This document shows positions 52,432 through 64,000 of a stretch of DNA of 64,000 bases, piece after piece. The stretch spans positions 25,482,001 to 25,546,000 of the forward strand of contig JBHGNT010000001.1 in NCBI GenBank assembly GCA_043228905.1, read 5' to 3'. Source of the stretch: Azolla caroliniana (taxonomy: Eukaryota; Plantae; Polypodiophyta). Each line of letters begins with the position of its first letter. The first letter of the stretch is position 1. The position numbers and the translations under genes were made by a program. The notes under the pieces were generated by a model. It was not told the origin of the DNA. It ran no database searches and saw only the letters and a list, made by a program, of their open reading frames with translations.

Positions 52432-55400
52432 TTATTATTATTATTATTTTCCAAATGAGACGAATTATGTACAAATCCCTAAAGGGACGTGATAGTTCCA
52501 TCTTATGTGGATGCCCACTGACTCAAGAAAGGGAGATGACGACCATTGTTGGATGAAGGCTATGCGTTGTCTTTCAACTCCCTCGGAGCTGCCCTTAAGG
52601 CCATCATATTGGCTCTTCAGAGTGGCTACAATTTCCTTCCATATCTCTTGCAGTAACCTTGTTGGATGGGCGGTTTGGGTGGAGAAGACTCGCCTACATC
52701 GTTGTTTCCATAGAATCCAAAGGGTTATTGGGCTGACCAATTCCAACACCTCTTGAGATTTGTCATTAAGAGGAATAGAGTGGACATTGCCTCTGGAGGA
52801 GAAAAGGACCTCTTGTGCTTTTATCACCAAAGTCATCCCCTCCTCCTGATGCTCGTATCAGCCAATTGCAGCCTGCCATGATAGCCAACATATATTTCCC
52901 CACTTGATTGAACCTTGCGCCTGGCATAATCGCAACTAGCGGCCAACCCCCCGCCATATTCGATGGGACGTTGGGCAGTCCCACAGAGCGTGTCGTATGG
53001 ATTCTACTGCATGTGGGCACTCTACACAATTAGGAGAGCTAAGGTTCCCACGTTGCCATGCTCCCACCGGTAGGGACTTATGTATTAACAGCCATTGGAA
53101 AGTGGTAATTCGGCTCACGTGTTGTTGCTTCCAGATTTTCTACCAAAACTTGGTGATTATTGCGGAGGGAACTTGAAATGTGTGCCAGACCTTCGTAGCA
53201 GCCGATTCTCGGGCGGCTTGAGCAGCTAGAATGTGGCGACCCCATCTAGTTGTGAATTGGAAGAAAGGGATGGGTTTGCTTCCTTGCCCTGTGTAGGGAT
53301 CACGCCATGTCCATTGCAAAGGGTCCCAACTGACCTTACGTAGCCATGTGTTTTCATGAATACATATATACCAATTGGGTTGTACTTTGATCGGATCAGG
53401 ATCTACAATCCATTTATGACCAGTGTACACGAGTACTTGAATGGCGTTATTCTGTGTTGGTGTCTCAGTGTCTCGCAATTCAGGGCCTTCGAGTCTGTTT
53501 GGTGATCCCCTACCTCTTGGGATCAGAGAACCCTCCTCCTCGTGTCCTATCCATTTCTCCATCGTCGTCCTTTGAGTAGCAGATTCCCTAATCAGTAGAG
53601 CGTTAATGATTTCCGATCTCATAGTCCATCCGCCCATGATTCCATGGAGTATGTTCGCCTGATCTTGTAGTGGCATTGACATAAACCATTGCCAACATTC
53701 TATACTTTTGCCTGGACCTTCTGCAATGTATCCCCATGACAACCCCTTACGTGATCCCAGTAGTTGATTAGATTCATCCTTGAGACATGGGTTCTATAGG
53801 ATACGTTGACTGAGCAGGCAGGTTCGGATCTCAGTTGATCATACTTGAGCCCTCGACAAATGTCACACCATGTCTTCCACATGGATGCACTGAATCTATC
53901 CTCCAAATGGCGGGAGAAACTAGGTTTGAGATCCATGTTTAGAATCCATCTCGTTTGGGGGGCCCAATTGACCCCTTTTCGTGGCCTAAAGTAAGCAAAA
54001 CGTAACCTCAGTAGCATTTTCCAACAATAATTTCCTGGTTGGAGTCCTCGCACCACAAATTTGGCAAGTAAGGCTTTCGATTGTGAAAGGGGATCAATAA
54101 GACCCAATCCCCCTCTTAACTTAGGCACTGTGAGTATAGGCCACGCCAGCTTGGCGCGAGCTACATGGTCTTCCTTACCAGACCAAATGTAGTTGCAGAC
54201 CAGTCGTTGAATCTGATGTATACTCTCCTTGGAGATTGTCCAGCATGATAGACTGTACCATGCTGTTGCGAGGAGTACCTGATTTGCCACTATGATGCGA
54301 CCTGCTAGCGACAATTTTTTTCGAGCTCAAATGTATCAACTTTTGTCGAATGGAAAGGATAACGGGTGCAATCATAGTCTCTGGCGGTATGTTGAAACCA
54401 ATTTGGAAGCCCAAATATTTGGTGCTCGCTCGTTGATTGATCCATTTGAAAGTGGGGTGTGGGTGCCACGCCGGATGTGTTTCCTGAGAGAGCCATATTG
54501 CACAGGATTTGTGCCAATTGATCATGGCGTTGGATCTCTTGCAAAATAAAGCTAGCCCACTTTCTAGCTTTTGGAGGTTTTCCAGGTCTCCTTGCAAGTA
54601 GACTGTTGTGTCATCTGCAAATTCTATATCAAGGATGCTTTGGTAAGAATGAGGTATGGGAAGACCTCGTAGGTTGAGATGTCGCGAGTTGAGAAAGCAA
54701 GAGAGTGCTTCGGTATATAATAGAAATAAGGATGGAGCTAGTGGGCATCCCTGTCATACAGAGCGGGATATTCGGAAAAAGGGGCCCCTTTCACCTGCCA
54801 GCGAAACGCAACTGCTGCCATTCCTATAAAATCCTGCAATGGCTTTGATCTATGTCTCTTGAAAGCCGAGTTTCCTCATCACACTTTCTAGAAAGTTCCA
54901 ACATACCCTGTCATATGCTTTCTCAAAATCTAGTAGCACCACCGCCACCTTCTTGTTGGTCCACTTGGCAAGGGCTACTGCTTCCTAGAATGAGAAGAGG
55001 TTGTCTAGGATGCTCCGATTTCTAACGAAACCTGTCTGGGACGGATGAATGAGTTGAGGGAGAAGTGGAGTTAAACGGCGTGCCACGATTTTTGCGAGCA
55101 ACTTATAGACAATATTGAGAAGAGTAATGGGCCACCACTTGTGAATGTCGTTGGCATTCCCACCACTTTTAGGAATGAGATGTATCATCCCCTGTCCAAA
55201 TTCCTCTGGCATGCTTCTAGAGGTGATGATCTCCTCATATGCCTGGAGGAGATCTTCTTTAATAGTGCCCCAAAGGCATGTGAAAAAGTGTGGGGTGAGA
55301 CCGTTGATTCCGGGGTAGCTCTCGGCATCTAAATCAGTGAGGGCCTCCCATATCTCAATGATTGATAGGGGATGCACGAGCCAGGTATTCATTTCCGGCG

Positions 55401-56842
55401 TGACTTTCTCGGGTATGCTTTGGAGGATAATATCATCGCTTATGTCTTCCCTTGTAGCTATAATGTCTTCAGTAAGTAGGCGGCTATAATACCTTGTGGC
55501 AATATTCCTCATTTCGTCGCCATCCTCAGTGGTCGTTCCATCCTCCCGATTGAGGCTGCGCATCACAGTTCTAGTGTACCTCTGGCCTTTGGAGTGGAAG
55601 AATTCATGTGGTTTTGTCCCCTACTCGAATCCATCTCGCCATGCTGCCATGAAACTCCATGTCATATATTGCCTTTTCTGCCATGCTAAGTTCCTGTTTG
55701 GCCGTGGCGACTTGTCCTGCGATCCAAATACAGGACGGGTATCCCTGTTGGAGTTGTTGTAAGGCTATTAGTCCCAATTTTGTCCTATGTCACTTCTCTT
55801 GAGCATCATTGCGTCTGGACTTGACAATCTCATGTAGGAGAGTAGAGGTTCTTGTTAATTTAGCTAAAAGTTTGTCCGATGCTGATGAGCCATTGACCGG
55901 AAATGACCATTGGTTGGATAGTTGGTCCTTCACGTCTATAAGTGTGTAAATAGTGTGTGGGATGCGAGTCTGGAATGGGCCCCATTTTTGGTGCAATTGA
56001 AAATGACCAGCTACCGGGTAATGGTTAGAGAAAGTCGTGCCTAGAGTTATGCGACACCACCCTCCCTTCGCTTCTAGAACCTCCCCCACATAAATGCGGT
56101 CAATGCGAAATAGGGTGGGTCCACTATTCCACCTGTCTAATCGGGAGAATAGGAGAGAATCCCTTTTCCGTTGGAAGTTGGCAGAATGCCATATGTCTTG
56201 TAGGTTAAGGTGGACACATAGCTTCTCCCATTGTTTGCGTTCCCTTCCTTGTGGAACTATGGGGTTGTTGTTGGAGCTATCGTGAATGGATTCGATCATA
56301 TTAAAATCCCCTCCAATGCACCACTCTTCCACACCCACTACTTGTAGGCGGATGCGGTCCCAGAATGTTGCTCTTTCTGTTCTGTTATTTGGAGCATAAA
56401 CATTCATGAAGTTCCATCGTTGCCCTTGGATGGTCAACGTGCAAAAATGTGCCCTACCAGGTATAAGTGATTCTTGGTGTATTAAGCCTTGGGCTAGATG
56501 TTCCCGAATCAAAGTGCAAATACCACCATGATTTCCATCCTCCCCAATTGCTGGCTCCCAAATCGTTCGCCATGATCTTGGTAGAAGGTCTCCGACTTCC
56601 TTTAACTGTGTGCTATCGAGGTGGTGTTCCTGCAACATGATGATGTTAGCACCACTCCCTAGTAAATATTCTTCAAGATCCCTTCTCAGTTTCCATCTAT
56701 TTTGCTGGTCTAGTCTACTTCTGAGTCCTTGCACGTTCTATGTTATAATCTTCATACTCATGGAATGGGTGGGAGGTTGCCAGTTGTGCCTGGTGCTTTG
56801 TACAACAGGTCGTGAGTCGGGAGCACTCACCATTTAGACATC
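52432..56842 (-). mobile_element. 5'-truncated L1/Tx1-like LINE (ORF2: APE endonuclease, RT, zf-RVT), decayed; 12-bp TSD
   Basis: TSD CTCATTCCATTA at 52420-52431 and 56843-56854; (TAA)n tail; EN motifs MLQEHH, NVYAPN, GGDFN, RIDRIY; RT motifs PITLLN..YK, QTGFV, FADD (~54622-54611); stops and frameshifts. Confidence 0.93.
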
Positions 56843-57335
56843 CTCATTCCATTAGTTATAAAATTTTACAAATGAGATGATTATGTACAAATTGTGTAAA
56901 CATATGTTATGTGATATGATAAAAGAGAAGGAAAATAAACTTAGGGTTTCTCCTATTTTCAACCCATTCCTCTCTTTTGTTTGTTTGTTTCTCTCTCTCT
57001 CTCTCTCTCCCCATTTGCTTCTATTTTTTATTTTATTTCTCTCTGAGTCTCTCCCTTGCTTTGATCAAGTTGTAATTATTTCTCAAGCTCTTTGCGTTGA
57101 TCAAGTTGTACTTTGTTCTTTCTTTCTTTCCCATCTTCTCTCTCACTCACAAGTTATAATTGATCATTGATGGAATAAATTCACAACTTCGCAACTCTCA
57201 CACACAAGTTATAATTTATCATTGATGTCAATGCATGTCTTCAATTTTACATGATGCAAAGGCTTGTGAAATGGAACTCTATAGATTTGTTGACACTTTA
57301 CGTTTAAATTGTGAAGGCTATACTATGCATGAAGC

Positions 57336-57608
57336 TTGGCGTATGTTTTGCAAAATGAGGATTGGCAAGATAGTTTCCCTCATTTGATGAAATTATGGCA
57401 CACTACTTTGGTTATTCCATCTAGCACGATTTCGTGTGAGAGAGGGTTCTCTAAGCAAAATCTCATCAAAGAGATGAAAAGAAACCAATTGAATATAGAA
57501 CATTTAGATGATTTAATGGGAGTCTCATTGAATGGGTCACACATTGAAGATATAGAATGGGATTGTGTATATGAAATTAGGAAAGATGCAAAGGATAGAA
57601 GGGTATAA
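57336..57608 (+). pseudogene. hAT transposase C-terminal dimerisation domain fragment
   Basis: FPHLMKLWHTTLVIPSSTISCERGFSKQNLIKEMKRNQL matches the hAT dimerisation pattern (P-x-S-x3-CERxFS...K-x3-RN-x-L). Confidence 0.85.
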
Positions 57609-58344
57609 TATATTGTTTAGTACGAATATTCAATGTATTTACTTTTTAAAGGGCTATTTTTTCGACAAACCGTCATTTGAGGGGCAAATTTTTTGGAATA
57701 CCGTTCTCATGACAGGTAATGTTAACTGTCAAAAGGCAACACTGCCCACCCCTCCTCTCTCTAATTTTTTTCCTTTTTTTTTCTCTCTCACACTTAAGCT
57801 ATCACTTCTCCCTCTCTTAGTTTTTCCTTTCCTCTCTCAAAATCTTTTCCTATCCTATTTTATCCACCTTTCTATTTTTGTTTTTCTACCCTCACCCATG
57901 TTTTACTTTTTCTTACCCTACCCCTACCCCTCCCCATCCCCATCCTCTTCCTAAATCCATATATAGCCTTCCAACTTTTTCTTTTCCTCTTTCCCCACAC
58001 TTGTCTCTCCCCTATTTCCTTTCTCTCTCTTAGTTTGTCTAGTTTACACATGCATCTCTCTCCTCTCTCTACCCTCTTTCTCTCTCTTACTTTTCTCTCG
58101 TTTTCCCACCCTTGATCCTCGTAGATCTACTCACTCCCCTTATGTCTACTCATTCCTCCTCCCCCCCCGAAAGAAAAAACACCACCATGACTAACTTACA
58201 ACAAACTATAGAACCCCTTCTATCTAGGGATCTAAAGAAAACTACGACACCAAACTCAATGCCACCCTACACACCAATTCAAATGGCGAATATGATGATA
58301 TGTGACCTTGCAAAGTTCTCTCTCTTCCTGGTTGAGATTTCGTG

Positions 58345-61300
58345 ACTTCTCTAGCACTGTCAATTGCCACAAAAGAAGTCCTTTTAACTTTAGAACATAT
58401 TTTCTCACCCCCACTCGCGAATAAAAAATGAAGGCATTTCGCATATTCCAATTGAACCATAGCCCCCAATACCTCAAGAACTCAAAAATAATTTGAGAAT
58501 GAGGCATTGGTTCATTGTTCTCCATATGTGCAAAAACCCAATTGAAGGAAGATAGATGTACTACGTACGGTTAGAGACATCCGCACTAAACTGATACACC
58601 TCCAAAGCATCCTTGCCATCGGGTAGGAAATAAATCGATGTCTACTATGTTCCAATTCTACTGAACAAAAGAAACACAATCCTTTAGTAATGTTTCTTTT
58701 TTTTAATGCATCCCCCAATGGTAAAACTCCAATCATAACTCTCCAAACAAATATCTTGGCTCGTAGCATTAATCGAGAACACCAACCTGTCTTGATCACA
58801 TGAAGCCACCAAGTAATGGGCTTATGAAACCCCCATATCTTTATAACCCTTTCTTCCAACCACTTATGTTTGTTAATCAACGTGTGATAAACAACATTTG
58901 TTGAGATCATAGTCAATCTCTTATTTCCAACAAACCTCCAATCAAGCTCTTGAGATCACCCATCTAAATAAGGAATTGGCTCATACGAAGATAGTATTTG
59001 TTGCAACTTATCCCAAATAAAGGTATAACCTTTTGGAATACGAAATGTTGATATGATTGTTCGAAAAGCCATTAATCTTCTTTGTGACACCAACATAGCA
59101 TCCTTAATTGTTACCAAACCCAATCTAGCCATCCGATTAAATTGAAGGTTAAAAATTTGCTTACCTTCCCACTTCAACAACCTTGATGTCACCAAAACCT
59201 CCATTTGTAATGAATTGGCACATCCCCTTTCTTGTGGGGGATGCCATTCCACAAAATCTAACATACTTTGCCATGATGTCAACAAATGATCAACTATCAT
59301 AGGCCCTGCACATTTGACATCCCTATTAGAATTAATTACATTCCACCAATTTGCTTCAACCTTCATGTTTCCAAGCTTTATTCCGTTCTTCTTTATAAAG
59401 GGTTGTACACCTTCAAACATAAATCGAATGAAAGTAAATCGGCGAGCCACCATATGCTCATATAGATTTAATATTGATGCCCCGCCAAGATGCTTTAGAG
59501 TACAAACATGATCCCATGCCAACCACGACAATGCACTTTTCCCTTTTCTTTTCCATAACAACATTCGCATCGAGTGTGTCAATATTTCAAGAGCTTTCTT
59601 TGACCATGGGAGCAAAGGAAGATAATAAGATACCATAGAGACCATAATCGATTGGACATCCTTAAGTCGTACATGAAAAGGCCAAATTTGAGACCTCCAA
59701 TACATAAACTTATCCTCCAACCTTTTGGACACCCATTCAATAAGTTTCACATGAGAAACTTCCACCCCAATTGGATATCCAAGGTGACGAAAAATCATAC
59801 CACGATGTACTATCCTTCCTGACCACCCCAACCCCAACACATCTTGTTCTGTACATGAAATGAGGACAGATTTATGTATATTAATTCTCAACCCTGAAGC
59901 ATTTGAAAACAATTCCCACACATCTCTTGTCTTACTAATATTTTCTCGATTAGGTGCCAAAAACATAATATGGTCATCTGCTAGAGCTTGAACAATACAT
60001 GGCTTCCCTAATGGCAACCTTGGTCCAAGAAATTCTTCCTCCATAGCCATATTGTGTAACTTAACAAGAATAGGATGTGTCACAATAGTGAATAGTGAAG
60101 GACTTACCGAGCATCCTTGTCTAACTGACCTCCGAATAGAAATCGGTTGTGTTACTCCTCCATTAAACATCACATGTGAAACTGAACCCTCCCCTAATGT
60201 GTATATCAACTTAGACATACGATCACCAAAACCCATATGAGACATCAATTGATTTATAAACGACCAATCCACATTATCATAGGCTTTCTCGATATCCAAT
60301 TGTAGCAACACCAATTCTTGCTTCGAATCCTTTGCATAGTCAATTGCCATTTGAACATTTAAAATATTATGTAAAATGTTTCTTTTTGCTAAAAACCCAT
60401 ATTGAGCATTATGAATAATAGAAGATAAAACCTTATGAAACCTATTGGCTATCACTTTTGCAAAAATCTTGTACATTCCCCCCATCAATGAAATAGGCCT
60501 CCATTGAGCAAAGGAAGATGGGGAAGGCACCTTCAGCAAAAGTTTTATCAAACCAATCTTCCAAGAATGAGGAATTTCCCCTAATGTCCACACCTTTTGA
60601 AATAAAACCGTAAAAGGCCCCTTTAACTTAATCACATATTTCTTAAAGAGTTCATTTGTTAATCCATCCCACCCAGGACTCTTATCATTAGCAAGATGTG
60701 ACATGACATGTTCCACCTCATCCTCTGAAATATTAGCATCTAATGATTGTGCCACATCATGTGATACATGATTTTTCACTCCATTAAAAAATACATCTCT
60801 ATCCTTTTTAACATTATCATCGATACAAACTTGTACATCCAACAATTGTGTATAATAGTCTATGCATTTCTTCACAATTTCTTGAGGATTGAAACACGTG
60901 ATACCATTTTCCTCTAACCTTACCACATTATGTCGTGCATGTGATTCATGAAGGTCATGAAAAAACTTATGTGATTGACAATTAACATCATCCACTTCTT
61001 GTCCTAGACGATGTAGTCTAGTATGTTGATAATTTTTTTCCATTAGATCATGCATCGCAGAAATTAATACCTCTTGATATCCCAACAACTCTACATCCGT
61101 TGGCCAATAAGTTAACAATGAGTTGCATTTATCAAGCAAATTAACTAGGAGACTTAATTTCTTTCTCCTTTTAAAAGCATGGTGAATTCCATAATACTTA
61201 GTTAACCTCTGAACATTTGCAACAAATACTTCCCATGCTTCATACCCATCAAATTGAACATGATAGGCAAATGCATCAATCAATTGACACATATAGACAC

Positions 61301-63690
61301 GGAAGACCTCATGATCCAAAAATGATGAATTAAAAATCAACGGTGGTTTTCCTAAAAACTCATGAAAAGCTCTAATTGAGTGGTGAGTGAATTCATTAAT
61401 GGGAAATGATCTGATATAATTGACCCATAAGACACTAAAATATCCAAAATCTCTGGTAAAAATCCTTCGGTATGCATTACATACATTCGATCCAACCTAC
61501 TCCAAGTATCCTTATATTGAGCCGATTGAAAGGTATAACCAGGTTCATCTCCCTTAATCCACTTCCTTACATCCCTTAACATGATTTCAGTCTCAAAATC
61601 TCCCCATTCTTGAGCCTCTGGTCCATCCATAATAGAGTGGATGGATGTTGATTGATTTGTCTCACAACAAACATTAAAATCTCCGATCAATAAACCAGGT
61701 CTACCATTATCAAGCATCGAGGTCAGAGATCTCCATAACAACTTTCGTTCTTGTGAAACATTTGATGCATACTCACCAACTAAGCAAAGAACTTGCCCTT
61801 CATAACATATCTCTACCACACCAAATCTTCCAAATTCATTTGAAACAATTACTTTTGGGTGAAATTTATCTCTTATAAACATGACAATCCCAGAATAATC
61901 CCCATGAACCTTGCCAACATAACATATTGTATAACCCTTAGAATAACTAATTAAACCAGCATTACGATGATCTTTATGCTCTACTGCACATAAAACATCC
62001 CATTGCTCACTTACCACAATCCTCCAAACCTCATGCATCCTAAATCTAGAACACAAACCCCTCACATTCCATGTGGTGATCTTCATACTTTATTTTTTCT
62101 TTTTATTCGAGAAATCTCTTTCTCCTTCACTACTAATGTTTCTGCCATATCCTGAAATAAATCCCCTAAGATTGCATATAAATTACTATGAGAATGCAAA
62201 ACTCCAGACCCTGATGGCGCCTCATGTGAACGAGGCACCGATTTCTGTTTATTCCAAGGAACATACAAATTACCTTTATTATCAAAAGATAATTTCTTTG
62301 GATAGTCCTCTTGACGAGCCCATGGTTTATTCCGCATGGGATTTGTTTGTTGAATCTGTGTGCCCTTCTCCATAGATACATTATGTCCAACATTCTTATT
62401 AGACTTCTTCATCTTTCCAGAAACTATTGACCATTGTCTTTCATCCTCTAGAGTCTTTCCATCCTTCTCATTCACAATTTGTGGTTCCTTTGTTTGCTCT
62501 GAAATTGTCAAAGTTTGAATCTGATCATGATTTATAGTCTCTTCATGTACCACCTCCACCACATTATTTCTTTTTTGAGGACACTCAGCCATAAAATGCC
62601 CCAACACACCACAATGGAAATAATGTCCTGCAAATGTACCCCATTTAAGCTGAATATACATAGGTGGCATACCAGAGCATGCAATCTGTAAACAACTTGG
62701 CCTCTTTATAGCAGTATTCCAAAGAATACACATTTGATATCGATTTTAAGCATTAGCACTAGGAGGCACCAAGATCTTTCCCAACTTTTCCATCGCAGAC
62801 CGTAATATTGGCCAAACCACTAAATATGTGCACTCTACCTCAACCCATACGGGACACTCTTGCTTTAATATATCTTGGTATTCCACTAGTGGCCTCCACG
62901 GAACAATATGAACCAAACTTTTGTCATAAAAAACTGGCAATTTATTTAGTAATTTCTCTTTATACTCTTGTGATACCAAAACAACCTCATAAAATCCACG
63001 AGGAACGACATAAACATCCTGAACACAATCAGCTTGTAAAATCCCACGTAACCATTGTTTGACCCTCCAAAGGAAAGGTATCTTCCCCATGAAAAACAAT
63101 ATGACCCCTTCATCACAGAAATTAGCAAATGAGCCCAAAAACTCCTTATTGTCAATTTCTACCTTAGCCACTTCATCGTCAACAAACTCCTCAGCAACTT
63201 TCACATTCTCCCTTATACAATCTTCCATTAATATATTTTCCATGCATCTTAAATGTTCCTAATGACTATCATCTTTCTCAATATTATCTTGTCGCATTGC
63301 ATCAACATAAGACATGTCATTACTATTATCTCCAATACATCGTTTTCTTTTACCATCCCCTCTTGGGCTCGAAACTAACTCAACCATGCATGCATCCTTT
63401 GCAGAATTTGGAGACTCATCCATATTCATGAAAACACTATCATCCATATGACAAGAATTAGGAAAGAACTCACTTACAAGTAATTGTGTTGGAGAAGGAG
63501 TCAAAGCAAGCGATCATGAGATGCATGCAACCGAATTGAATTTTTACTCGTAGCGTTCTACCAAGACCCCCAAATGATACGTGCAGATACTTTTTAGAAA
63601 ACTCTCCATGCAAGCTTCGAAACGAGCCAAAGAACAAAGGAAACGGACACCGTAGCAAGAAGATACATCAAAAATAGTGTTTTTCCTTCT
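58345..63690 (-). mobile_element. Near full-length L1-like LINE (ORF1 with CCHC knuckle; ORF2 EN-RT-zf), frameshifted; ends approximate
   Basis: ORF1 pieces at 62083-63504 with (Y)FHCGVLGHFMAECP; EN at 61352-62086 (MKITTWNVRG, GDFN, SRLDRMY, SDHFP); RT at 58956-61340 (KSPGWDG, WRPISL, LDIEKAYDNV, RQGC, LADD); zf-RVT at 58512-58916. Confidence 0.93.
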
Positions 63691-63708
63691 CCAACATCTC
63701 CCAAATTT

Positions 63709-63709
<1 letters not shown>

Positions 63710-63761
<52 letters not shown>
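63710..63761. repeat. (CT)n microsatellite
   Basis: Directly visible. Confidence 0.95.
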
Positions 63762-63765
<4 letters not shown>

Positions 63766-64000
63766 GGGAAACAGGTCCCTCCGGATGGGAAGGGATAAGA
63801 ACAGTGCCGATGAACAAACTCGGCCGAGGCCGAAACCGGATGAGGAGGACCCGGCTACGGAGAGCCGGATGGTGCAGACCCGGTATGAACCGGATGAGGA
63901 GTACCCGGCTACGGAGAGCCGGATGATGCAGACCCGGTATTAACCGGATGATGAGTACCCGGCTACGGAGAGCCGGATGGTGCAGGCCCGGTGAGAACCG
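63762..64000 (+). mobile_element. Start of an LTR (same family as solo LTR 11789-12425) containing a GC-rich 54-bp tandem repeat; runs off the window
   Basis: TGTTGGGAAACAGGTCCCTCCGGATGGGAAG start; aaccggatga units at 63834, 63888, 63942 and 63996. Confidence 0.8.

Larger units (their letters stand above)
52140..57744 (+). mobile_element. Non-autonomous hAT DNA transposon (about 1.2 kb without the LINE insert), 8-bp TSD CCCACCCC
   Basis: TIRs TAGTGTTGCCTTTTGACGG / CAGTGTTGCCTTTTGACAG (17/19 match); CCCACCCC at 52132-52139 and 57745-57752. Confidence 0.92.

Noticed and set aside
58956-61340. 794-aa RT ORF as an active or domesticated gene
   Set aside because: It is frameshifted from both the endonuclease and zf-RVT segments and ORF1 is fragmented, consistent with a decaying LINE.

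Overview
Eukaryotic land-plant genomic DNA: AT-rich, intron-containing and dominated by transposons. The LINE/LTR content and microsatellites suggest a non-seed plant such as a fern, which is inference only. Three host genes are supported with GT-AG exon chains: the 5' four exons of a mitochondrial-type lipid-A-disaccharide synthase (lpxB, minus strand, running off the left edge), a complete 4-exon non-epsilon 14-3-3 gene (19975-21722, +), and a 2-exon RluA-family RNA pseudouridine synthase (29042-34141, -). The rest is mostly transposon debris. It includes a five-level nest of LTR retrotransposons (about 34.6-48.0 kb) resolvable by target-site duplications (TSDs), a LINE inserted in a non-autonomous hAT element, a near full-length L1-like LINE, several LINE relics, solo LTRs, hairpins and many head-to-tail duplications. 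The most unusual signal is three otherwise dissimilar TGTC...GACA solo-LTR-like elements, two with 4-bp TSDs. Each carries a tRNA-like A-box/B-box cassette with identical 44-nt spacing, antisense to and upstream of the LTR TATA box. No prokaryote-type systems such as CRISPR were seen.
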